Below, one piece after another: positions 12,025 through 22,975 of a stretch of DNA of 64,000 nucleotides (its first letter is position 1; each line of letters starts with the position of its first letter). Source of the DNA: Chlorokybus atmophyticus (lineage: Eukaryota > Plantae > Mesostigma and Chlorokybus algae). The notes under the pieces are model-generated. The model saw nothing but the letters and a program-made list of their open reading frames with translations. It ran no database searches and was not told the origin of the DNA. The stretch is from contig RHPI01002048.1 in the NCBI GenBank assembly GCA_009103225.1, positions 409,357-473,356 on the forward strand. Direction: 5' to 3'. A program made the translations under genes and the position numbers.

Positions 12025-15000
12025 ATGGCAGCAGCAGGGTTGTGCCATGGCGGTTGCTTGCAAATGGCCGCATTGGGCGCTCCGGCTCCTGCAGGGGCCA
12101 GCAGCAGCACCAGGCGACAGAGGAAGGGTAGGGGGAGGGGTGTGGTGTGCCAGGCCAAGAAGCAGCAGCAGCAGCAGCGTTCGACTGGTGGCGGGGCTAG
12201 CAGAAGAGGTGGCAGCAATCAGGTAGACATGTTGGTCAAATCGCGGGCGTACATACATGCACGCACGCAGGCGAGCACGCTGCACTCTAGTATAACTACA
12301 TATGTATATACGCATGATGTTTCTTTCACATTACCAAGGATGCTTCGTAATCACTCTGCACTCCATTTGCGAGCTGCATGGAAGAAACAATCCTGATTTA
12401 CAGTGTGTCTCCGCGCCGCCATCCACTTCGTTTCCATGCTGTTGTCGCAGCAGCCTTCATCTCATCTCCAATATAGCGAAACAAACAAGCATGCCCTACT
12501 GTGAATCAAGTTTTATTTTCTCTTCTTGGTTCTTCTTCTTTCTTAGGGTCGTACTTGTGTTTACTGTTGCAAGGCACCAGCAGACGAGCACTCTTCATGT
12601 GTCAACTGCCCGCTTGCGATGATACGGACTGTGTTGTCCTCAATGGGATGTACGTTTGTGTTGCGTGACGGGTCGTGTTCAGCGCTTTAACAAGGTTGCA
12701 AGCATGATGTTGTGTACAAACCGCAGCCACACACCTATACATGCACACCCACACGCCAGCACACGCCCAGCCGCGCATGCACCAGAGTTGCACACACATA
12801 CATGCTCAGTACAGTTCATCACACCGCTGCTCGCTCCAATGACAGGTGACTCAGCTGCAAAGAAGATCGCAACAGCCACTGCCGCTGGTTCAGGACGCAC
12901 CAGACCTCACTTCCAAAGAAACACCATCACCATCACCCTCCTCCTCCTCCTCCTCGTCCTCCTTCTCCTCCTCCTCCTCATCATCATCATCAATTGGAAG
13001 AGAGCGCCACAATGACCATCAACAACAACACAATCAGCATTCATCAGAGCAGCCGACAGTTTCAAGTTCAAACAGCATCCAAGAGCCCGAGGGCGACGAG
13101 AACATGTTAGAGCTCCCCCGCGAGAAAGGCATGTTGGCCGGGTTGTTGCGTCCCGCGTGGGTTCGCCTCCTTCGCGTGTCAGCCTCACTGCCCCTCGCAA
13201 TAAGTGAACTTGCCGTCATCGCGGGTATGTCCGCGGTTGGGACTGTCATAGAACAGAACCGTAGCACGCAGTTCTACTTTGAGACTTACCCCGACAACCC
13301 CGCGTTGTTCGGCTTCCTCACGGGTGGGTTTATACTCCAACTTGGGCTGGACCACGTGTACACGACGTGGTACTTCCTCGCCCTACTCGCCGGCCTCGCC
13401 TTTTCACTCTCCGCATGCACGTGGACACGCCAACGCCCGCTCGTCAAATCCGCCAACCGATGGCGCTTTGCACGCAATGCTAACAGCTTGACAAAGCTAG
13501 AAGTGAACGAAGCTCTACCCAATGCACGCCTAGGCGACGTGGCCCTCGCCCTTATGACACGCGGCTACCAGGTGAGAGAGATAACAATTCACACATACCC
13601 ACATAACAGCGAGTCTTGTTGGATATAGTGTGTGATTTGTTGCCCTGGCAGGTGTTTGCGAGTGGTCCCGCATTGTACGCGTTCAAAGGCGTGGCGGGCA
13701 GGTTGGCGCCGATTGGCGTGCACGCGAGTTTGATTCTCATTATGGGAGGAGGCGCAGCCGGCGCGCTCACGGGCTTCCATGGCAGCGCCATGATTCCAGA
13801 GGGTCAGGTGTGGGGAGTACACACACTTCTCCCATATTGGTTTGTGGTTCTCTCGTCGTTTCTGATGATCTGAGGAGTTCATGTGCGCGCAGGATTTTAT
13901 TGTGGGTGAAGCTATGGAAGCGCAGAGCCCGCTTGCGGGTCATCCAGATGCGTTGGATGCGCAAGTGTACGTGAACGACTTCCACATAGACTACCTACCG
14001 ACCGGAGAGGTGACGTTTGTGTACAAAGTGACGAATGCTCGAGGCAGCATTCTGGCTCCAACATTGTCACGCCGCTCATGCTCATGCATGTTGTCTCGCT
14101 GCCCCACCGCAGGTTTCACAGTTTTACTCGGACCTGTCACTCTACGACCCGCGAACCAACCAAGTCACACGCAAGATGATATCGGTACGGCACCCCCAAC
14201 TAGCATTCTGTTCACTGTGTCCCAGTAATAACAACAACAACAACAACAACAACAACAGGTGAACGATCCTTTGAGGTACGGCGGTGTCACGATGTATCAG
14301 ACAGATTGGAGCATAGCCGCCATTCAGTTGCGGGTTGGCAATGGTGAACCAATCAGGCTGGCCATGGGTCAGTTGCAAAAGGAGGGAGGAAAGGTGCTTA
14401 CAGCCGGCAGTGGACCTCATACAACAATGTGGTTGACGCAACATTGGGCTCACGCTCTTGTGTTGTTGTGTTGTTGCAGTCGGACGACAAGCTGTACGCT
14501 GCTTACCTCCCGACCAACGCTGAAGACCCTCGGCAAGGAGTGTGAGTGGACCGCACAGTCAAATTGGCTGTCCTTACGTGTCTGTCTACATGTGTATGTA
14601 TGAGTGCACGTGCATGCGTGCGAGTATTTGTGAAGTGGAAGTTACGAATCACAGCTGAAAAAGCAGTGTAGCATTCATCTCATGCCGCAGGTCCATGCTC
14701 GCTCGCACGCTTGAAGAGGTTGTTCTGTACGACAAGACAGGCAAGTTTGTTGGCGTGCGAAGGCCCGGCTCCAACAAGCCGATTGAGGTCAACGGCGTGA
14801 GCCTGGTCATTGAGCAGCTCACCGGAAGCACAGGACTGGAGCTGAAGGTCAGCACGCATGCAACACACTGCTATGCAGTCTTACCACTACCACTCTTGGT
14901 TGTCTCCTAACACAACTACTGTTATGTTGGCGCAGATGGATCCCGGTGTGCCGTGGGTATATGCAGGGTTCGGAGGCCTCATGCTCACCACATTCTTGAG

Positions 15001-15289
15001 CTACCTGTCTCATTCGCAGGTGAAGGGAGCTGTCTTTTACCCACCTGTGTGTTGTGTTGTGTCAAGCATGTTATTCATCATCATTGTGTGCGTGTGGCAA
15101 TCGCAGGTGTGGGCTCTTCAGCAAGGGTCCAGCGTGCACGTGGGCGGCAAGACCAACCGTGCAACGCTGGCGTTCCGCAACGAGATGTCGGACATGTTCG
15201 ACGAGGTACCCGAGTATGAAGGCCCGGATGGCGGCCTCGGCGCGGCCGTAGCGCAGGTTGCGCCTTCCGAGCAAACGGCTGTTGCGTAG
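12025..15289 (+). CDS. CCS1: Cytochrome c biogenesis protein CCS1 (ResB family), chloroplast-targeted, 10 exons
   Basis: SLPLAISELAVIAGMSAVGTVIEQN, LGLDHVYTTWYF, CTWTRQ, GRLAPIGVHASL, VNDFHIDY, VNDPLRYGGVTMYQTDW, DPGVPWVYAGFG, VGGKTNRA. All introns GT-AG and in phase; stop TAG at 15287-15289. Confidence 0.95.
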
Positions 15290-18283
15290 ATGCTTGCATA
15301 GGAGTTCGAAGTCAGATGCTGTTGCTGCCGTTGCAGACAACTGCAGCACGTTGCCTCGCTGTGTAGTGTACTTTCTTGCGGGGTCGTATGCTGCTGGGGT
15401 CCATGCTGATAGCGCGCTTGCTGTTAGTTCTAGTTGCGTGTAGTGTTGCTAGTGATGGTTACCAGATACGGCACAGGTTTCGCTCCCTCGCCATGACTTA
15501 ATGCCCCAGTGAGCTAGCTTGCCAATAACGCTGCAGTCATCAGCCTAAATTCCACTGACAAAGCTAGTGAATGCAGCATGTGTCGGCCTGATGGACACTG
15601 CCAGTATAGTATCGGTTATGTAGTAATGTAGACAGCCATATTGTGTGAGTGGGCATGCGTGTGCATGAAATGCCTGCCTGCCTGCCTGCCCCGATGCCCA
15701 TGCGACCAGTTGCAGATGGACTGTGCACTACGGTTATGGTGTCATAAGTGATCGTCTGGCTTTGACGTCCAACAGAACACTGCTCTCAGCAGATAGCGTC
15801 ATTGAGGCAGCAAGTGGCCAATGTATAGTGCAATATGTTCCGTACATATACAAAAACGTTAGGGGCTTATCAAGAGGCAATTGTCCCTCCCGCATCGCAA
15901 TGGATCCACAACATGGTGTGTGCAATCGTGCAGCATATCTTGAGAATAATTCAACCAAGCGTATTTACTACACTGCAGGTGGCGCTGCATTTTGCTTTTT
16001 CCGCAGCTCCATAGCGTCCACACCCAACTCCAACTCGCTCTCTCTCTCGTGCTGCAACAGCGCCCCCTTGGATCCGCCACTCTCAAAAGCCTGCACGCGT
16101 GTGCATGTGTGTTTGTACATGTGCGTGCGTGCGCGAGCAGCAGACACCACTATGAGCATAGCTACAAGACTGCAAATGCGGGCCAAGAACAATAAGAAAA
16201 GGCAAAGAACAACAAGCATCTGCATAAGGTTGACATGGCGTTTGTTGAGCGGCGCGTCCCCTTGATCCTCCTTCTCGACGAGTTGCCGCTCGCGAATCCG
16301 CCGTTGCTGCAAACAGAGCCCCAACATCAGGGCAATGGATCCACACATATTGAGCAAGTTCAACACGACAATGTGTGTTTGAGCACGCACTGTGCGCGTG
16401 TAGAGAGGTGTGTTGGGGAAGGGGAGGGGCCTTACATAACGATGGACGGGGTAGATGATGGGCGTAAGCGCAAGGAGGGCGATAGCGAGGGTCCACCACT
16501 TATTAATGAGGCAGATGATGACAACGGACAAGATGCCAAGGACGGTCTGTAGCGGGACGCCGATGCGCTGACAATACTGTGAACTTGTAGCCGCCGGGCG
16601 CCCACACCATCAGCTTGCACTGGTACCCGATCGGCGTTATAAACGATGCAGACACCGCCATCATCAACGTGTACACAAGCTTCACAAACGTGTAACCCTC
16701 CTTGATGGAAGCCTCGAGCACGATGGGGAACATCAGAGTCACAGCCTGGAACCAACATCAACGTCAGCATCATCACATTGACCCTCAACATCAATGTCAT
16801 GATTAGCAACAGCACGAGAGACAAGTTGCACACACTGACAGCGTTGTTGGTGACCAATTCAGTCATGCGGGCGGTGACGATGTAGACAGCGGCGATGAGG
16901 CCGTTCTTATCGAGGCCGCCGGCCACGATGCCGTCTGCCACGAGCTTGGCTGAACCAGAGTTCAGCATGGCCTTGGAGGTGCCTACGCACAACATACGCG
17001 AGTGAGAGATAACTCTTCCCAACATGTTGGAGAGAGAAAGACAGACGAACATGTACATGGGTGTGCGTGTGTTTTACCAGCGGTGATGGTGATGAGGACT
17101 TCAAGACTGATGCTGGCACGGGTCTCGTTTGGAGTGATGGTTCGGATGAGGAGAAGGATGGCAGCAGCGAACACTGCACAGGTGAGCATGTTGATGTCGG
17201 CCGCCGAGGCACACACCACCATTGCAATGACAGTAATTGCCGCCAAGGGTGCAGCCTCCTCTTCGCCGTGTAGAAGCTGTTCACCTGTTGAACGCAATAC
17301 CATGTGTCATATACACACGTCTACACGTTTGCGTTGGTACTAGATTGTGCTGCTTACTCCGGCGACAAGTGAGAAGTCTTCATTGCGCGCAGGCTTCTTA
17401 GCAATGTTCTTGCTCGCAACGAGTAGTAGGTTGTCGCCCGGTTCGAGGACGATGTCTGCGATGGAGCCCAAAACGTGTGTGGCCTGCCGATGGACGGCGA
17501 TGACGGCGGCCTTGTACTACGGACCTGAACCCCGTCTTGTGCACGCTACGGCTCACCAGCGGGGAGTAGCACAAGCACCACCTCAACAAGAGTTTGTCTA
17601 AAGTCATGCGGTAGAGGTCCAAAAGCACGCCGGTGCCACCGTCGCTGTCCTCATGCGTGAGAAGGAGGCCATCGTGCTGCCAACAAGTTCAGATGGTTGG
17701 TTTCGGTGTAGCACTGGTCAGTTGCTGCTCGGCAAATCAAGCACTGGCGCATGCCAAGCGCACTTTGTGGCTGTGTATTTGCGTGCAAGTATGGGTGTGC
17801 CAAATGTGTGCGTGTACCGGCTATAGCCCACCATGCTCGCAAAGAAGCGCTTATCTCCACCCTGCAGTACGGCCTTTGGCCAGGAGCTGGAGTGATCGTG
17901 GCTTCTTCCTGCGGTTGGTTTCCTCCTCCCCTATCGATCTGCGCAAGGAAGAGGCCCGGCACGTGGCGCATGTTGGCCTTCTCGATGGTCTTGCCCTCCA
18001 CCTTGCCGCCGAGCGCCACAGAGGCCACGATAACGTATTGGCGCGAGTTCTTGTACACGTCCGCCGAGGTATGACGGTCAGGAAGCAACTTGTCGCCAAG
18101 CGTCGCGAGCAAGATGCCGCCGCTGATTGCAGCCGGTAAGCCCACCTCAGCAATCTGAAAGAACCCAACCTGCATCACGAATGACAAATATGTGAGAGAG
18201 AGAGAGAGAGGCAGAAGAGATATTGCAAGAACATCATCATGCGCACAATAACACATGCAGTCATGCAAGCGCACGCTGACACG

Positions 18284-18408
18284 CATGCAGACACACACAC
18301 ACGCATGCAGACACACACACACACACACGCACACGCACACGCACACGCACACGCACACCCACACGCACACGCACACGCACACGCACACGCACACGCACAC
18401 GCACACAT
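18284..18408. repeat. Long alternating purine-pyrimidine microsatellite (CACACG/CA)n, intronic
   Basis: Directly visible; similar shorter tracts occur in most introns of the window. Confidence 0.95.
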
Positions 18409-18453
18409 GCGCTTTCGCGCCCAGCGTGCCCAACGAGCTGGTTGGGATGATAT

Positions 18454-18943
18454 TGTCACGGATGACTAAATAATAAGGCCACAATTCCAGCAAAACACAC
18501 TTTGTGCTTTTGTGGCCTAGTGGTTTGTTACATTGGTCATCGGAGCTTGAGACCCAAAAAGTCCTGAGGTTGAACCGCCTTGCGGCAGATCAAAACGGAT
18601 TTTTGCGGTCATTGTTCAATCCAAGGGGTCGCGCGCGCCTGGTTAGGGCAGTAACGCGCGACTTGCCGGACGGCAGTCGGTCGTTCCGACGCATCGCGCT
18701 TGATACTACGCGACTTTGCCTGACGACTGACAATCGGTCCCACACGCGCAATGCGCGCTGCGACTGCTCATTGATGATTGCAAAATCGCTTCCACTGCTC
18801 AGTGACGAGAGCCCTGTAAACACTCACATCCAATGAGGACATTAGTCACCTAAGTGGGGGGGAATGTCACGGATGACTAAATAATGATGCCACAATGGCC
18901 GCAAAACACACTTCGTGCTTTTGTGGCCTAGTGGTTTGTTACA
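18454..18943 (+). mobile_element. TRIM (terminal-repeat retrotransposon in miniature), 490 bp, with 79-bp LTRs
   Basis: LTRs 18454-18532 and 18865-18943 (TG...CA, 6 differences in 79). PBS-like TGGTCATCGGAGC after the 5' LTR, PPT AAGTGGGGGGGAA before the 3' LTR, perfect 5-bp TSD GATAT (18449-53 / 18944-48). No coding capacity. Confidence 0.93.
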
Positions 18944-19392
18944 GATATGGTGACGGTACGATAAAACCGTGAGCTTACTTGAAACCAGGGATGTTCTGTT
19001 GTGCAAGGAAGTTGACGATGAGGTTGGTGCCGATGATAAAGCATGTGCCGCCGACGATGGCTGCATAGGAGAGTGGTATGAGGAAGTTGAAGGGTGCGCG
19101 GTTGGCTGCGCGCGAGAGTATTCGAGTAGCGCGGGGATCATCATCGCCACGATGTTTGCGTGTTGTTTTAAAGCATTGACAGCGCCGCGATGGGCACGTA
19201 GATCCTCAGCACCGACTCCGTGTGCATCGGCCACCGCCCAAGCCGCCACGTTAACACACACTGCGCGACTTCATCAGCTCCGTAGTCTCCACCGATGCGC
19301 ACAAGCACATAAAGGCAATGTGAGCATCTCATTGGGCCATATTAATGGACATGTATGCATGTACAGAACGATTGATATGTGCTGTGTGCCAT

Positions 19393-19992
19393 TATAACAT
19401 CGGCGCCTTAACATTAGACTACGGCAGCAGAGTTCGCTGCCATATAGGGAGCCACATGCCTCATGTATGTCCCATACCATATCGTCGCAAAATGTCTTCC
19501 CTGCCGGCCCACAAAACATTGGCAACGGCCGTGCACCTGAGGGTACCCATTTAAACTGTCGTGGCATAATCCACCTGTAATCTCGACACAGGGACCTGAG
19601 TATAATGGCCGTCACCATAGTCAGTCGGCGGCCGTCTGCATAAAAGGACTGACCCTACTGAAAGGTACCTAAAAGTTGCCAACTTAGTCATAATAAGGCG
19701 ACTTTGCCTAACTGAAGTACCTAACCATTATTGAACAGTTAGGTACCGGCGACTGTACGCTAACTGAGCAAAATTATCAGGTCCCTTAAGGTACCTTCAA
19801 GGTATCACCCGTTGATGATTTGTACCTTTGCAGGTACCTGTTGATACCGCTCAGTCATGATTGGGTGTCACACGTAATTATCGTCGAAAGAATGTGCTTG
19901 AAAAATAAGTAACTAATGTATAATTCATTAATATCTTTTATAATTAATATATAATTAATTAAACAAGATATTACAACGTAAATTACACTGAG

Positions 19993-20025
<33 letters not shown>

Positions 20026-21530
20026 GTAGTAGTACTACTACCCTTGTACTAAGCTGCCGCTCCAGCACCGCCGTCGCTGTTCGTCCTCTGCCGCCGGCGC
20101 TGGACAGCACAAGGCGGTGAAGGCAATTAAACAAGCGCAATGAACATACACAACATACACAACATACACACTCACATGCTGCCGCTTGCCATGTACCGCC
20201 GCCGCCGCTGCCGCCTAGCTCAGTTTGGCCTAGCCAGGCTTGGCCTGCCTTGGTTAAGCTTAGCCTGGCATGGCATGGCCGCCCTAAGACAAGAAGGGTG
20301 GTTAGGCTGCATGCGGTGTTGTGCGTAGTGCAACGTTAGACAGCAACCAAACTTACCTACTGTACGCCGCTGCCGCCGCCGCCGCCATCATCATCGCCAC
20401 GACACAATTGTCCTTGAAGCCGTTGAGCATTTGAAACAAATGCACGGCTTTAAGTTCAGTTTAAATTTCAATTATACAATCATACCATAAAAAGGTACGA
20501 CGGCACCAGTATACTTTGTCGTGATGAGTACCATACTGGGTACTATAATGGAGCTGTTGTACCACTGTTGTACTCGCCGCCATTGCTCCTCCCTCTTTGG
20601 TGACTTAGTTGGGACTGAGTGGTCACTTGCTTGCCAATTAACGTTCGTCGCCGCCGCGGCTTGTGTACGGCCGGCGGCCGGCTGCGGTACAACTTTAACT
20701 CGCTGATATCATTTGTCGCCATTAGGGTCATGAACATTTACCTAACTGTCATAACCTTATGCAATTGGTAGGTTGCCGTTGCGTAAGCTGGATGAGCGGC
20801 GGCGGTCGGCCGTCAGAATATGTTGCTGTCACGTCATCACTGATAGGCAATAGTCCACTTTATTGTGCGATAGGCGGTCGGCAATTTATTGTTGTCCACA
20901 ACATGCACCCGTAGCCCATTCAGTCCCTTTATGCCTCAAGTCGTTAGGGTCGCTACGGTCAGATAGGGTCAGGCACCCTACAGTCCCTTAGTCCCTTGTC
21001 AATCACCGTGTAAAATTTGCGACGATATGTTACATTTCTCGCAACCCATTACCCGTGAGGATCACCGTGCATGAACCAAATACGGCGACTGTAGGTAGTT
21101 AGTACCTAGGCCGGTCCGGTGTCGCCAATCGAGCTCGCCGCGACCTATCCACAACCGGCAAGTCGCACGCCTGACCCTCGTGCCCGTCTTCATGGGACCG
21201 GGCTGTTGTCACTGCACGCCGACAGCAAGTCATCAGGCAAACCTGCGACCGCTCAGACGGTCGTAGGATCATAAGTACCACCGCTGCAACGGGTGCGACT
21301 GACGCACCGCAGGCCCCGCGCGGTGCGTACCGCCATTTATTTGCTAAATTTTGTGTTGGATCGAATTCACGGCAACTAGCAGTCGTTATCCTCATGGGTT
21401 CCAAACCTATGCCGCTCAGCTCCGTTGCCACCGTATCATTGGCGCCTTAACCACTAGGCTACGGCAGCAAAAGTCGCTGCCATAGGAGGAGCCACATGCC
21501 TCATATATGTCCCATACCATATATGTTACA
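19393..21530 (-). mobile_element. Older second TRIM family (~99-bp LTRs, ~600 bp when empty); left LTR interrupted by a TIR element
   Basis: Direct repeats at 19393-19482+21025-21034 and 21432-21530, both ending TGTTACA on +. On the - strand the 5' LTR is followed by PBS-like TGGCAACGGAGCTGAG, similar to TRIM1. Outer flanks GCCAT/GCCAC (4/5 TSD); PPT degenerate. Confidence 0.62.
19483..21024. mobile_element. Non-autonomous DNA element with short TIRs (CGTCGCAAA...TTTGCGACG)
   Basis: Comparison with the empty sister LTR (CCATATATGTTACA at 21517-21530) shows a clean insertion into an AT dinucleotide run. The TIR is 9 bp, or 13 bp including the flanking ATAT. The interior is non-coding, with a GGTACC-rich left end and a (CTA)n tract at 19993-20040. 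Confidence 0.65.
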
Positions 21531-21828
21531 GCCACATGGTATGCGAAACCGCCACCTACTCCGCACATAACCGGGTCTAGTCTGCTGGATACGACCAGGT
21601 GAAAACCAAACCAGAATAGGTGCTGGCTAGGTACGAAAACCAGGCATAGCTGGTCTTGGGACTAGGGTCTACCCTGGTCCTTACCTACTTTATCACCGCG
21701 AAAAACAATGTACAACCATATATGGAGAGACATCTGCACCAGGCGGCAATAGCGGGCGCTGAAAGCCGCGAACCAGGGTCAAATCATGACGTATGACCGC
21801 GAAAACCAACCATGTTTAAATTCCCTCG

Positions 21829-22205
21829 ATTGTCACCGCTACTTCACCAATTTCCGCACTAGGGGTACGCGGCACCTATGCAATCTACAATACGAGGTAC
21901 TTATATAAGTCACCGGTTATTTCATTGTCACCGCTAATTCACCCATTTCCGCACTAGGGGTACGCGGCACCTATGCAATCTACAATACGAGGTACTTATG
22001 TAGGTCACCGGTTATTCGATCAGCATCTAACCGCCAATTATAGTTAACTATATGCAATACATGTATTGTCACCGCTAATTCACCCATCTCCGCACTAGGG
22101 GTACGCGGCACCTATGCAATCTACAATACGAGGTACTTATGTTGGTCATCGGTTATTCGATCAGCATCTAACCGCCCATTATAGTTAATATCATGCTATA
22201 CATGA
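21829..22205. repeat. Three-unit tandem repeat (95, 141, ~141 bp)
   Basis: Units start ATTGTCACCGCTA at 21829, 21924 and 22065 and share CCGCACTAGGGGTACGCGGCACCTATGCAATCTACAATACGAGGTACTTAT. Confidence 0.95.
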
Positions 22206-22239
22206 AATGTGTAGCATGATATCCACATTCGTTTGGTCG

Positions 22240-22310
22240 TCGCCCGATGGGTTTCGACCTCAAGCGCAAAGGCTGATAGCCTCCGCTCAACCCACTGAGC
22301 CACATTTAGC
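22240..22310 (-). other. tRNA-derived/SINE-like segment (not a functional tRNA)
   Basis: Perfect A-box TGGCTCAGTGG, hairpin AGGCT-atc-AGCCT, imperfect B-box GGTCGAAACCC; no convincing acceptor stem. Confidence 0.4.
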
Positions 22311-22546
22311 GCACTCGACAATTGTGGTAGATGGTTGACCCTCTATAGTGTTGTCAGCGCATGTCCCTCAACCGCTGCTCTGCGCAACGGTTGAAGTACT
22401 TGCACTTGACAACACTATACAGGTACAAGGTTTTATCGGCCACCAGCAGCAAAAGGTGACCGGTTAACCAACTGCGTTACACCCTTAACTACCTACGATC
22501 AGTTACCAGCATACGTACTCATACCAAAAACGTACGTTACCCACTA

Positions 22547-22975
22547 CAGTCTACCCTCGATGTAACATACCCTCACATTAAGAGCATCTACGATATAAGA
22601 GCCAAAAGGCCTTTGCAATTTCGTGCATATAAGCAAAATCACCTCCCAATAAGAGTAAGAGCACTCGATATAGGAGCGCTCTGACCTAGTAGGCAACTCT
22701 CTTATCGAGAGGGGGTTACGCAGGGGGTTACGCTCTAGTTACGCAGGGTTACGCAGGGTTACGGGTTAAGGTTACGGTTACGGATTACGGGTTACACGTT
22801 ACGCAAGGTGTTACGCAGGGGTTACGCATGAGGTTACCTCATAATAAGAGCTACAACTCTTATTATGAGGTTCCCTCTTTCAAAGAGCAGGTGCTCTTAT
22901 TTCGAGGTAAGAGCACCTCAATATAAGAGCGCAATGGGCTCGCATAAACGTGGCTCTTATATCGAGGGTAGACTG
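22547..22975. mobile_element. Tc1/mariner (pogo/Tigger-like) MITE, 429 bp
   Basis: TA-flanked TIRs: TA|CAGTCTACCCTCGAT ... ATCGAGGGTAGACTG|TA (15-bp perfect). Repeated subterminal TAAGAGC/GCTCTTA motifs; no ORF of note. Confidence 0.88.

Noticed and set aside
21829-22205. CRISPR-like array
   Set aside because: Eukaryotic context, whole units are duplicated with no unique spacers, and no cas genes are present.
22240-22310. Functional tRNA gene
   Set aside because: No acceptor stem, defective B-box and no canonical anticodon arm.
22711-22838. Interstitial telomere
   Set aside because: The motif differs from green-lineage TTTAGGG/TTTTAGGG repeats and lies inside a TIR-bounded MITE.
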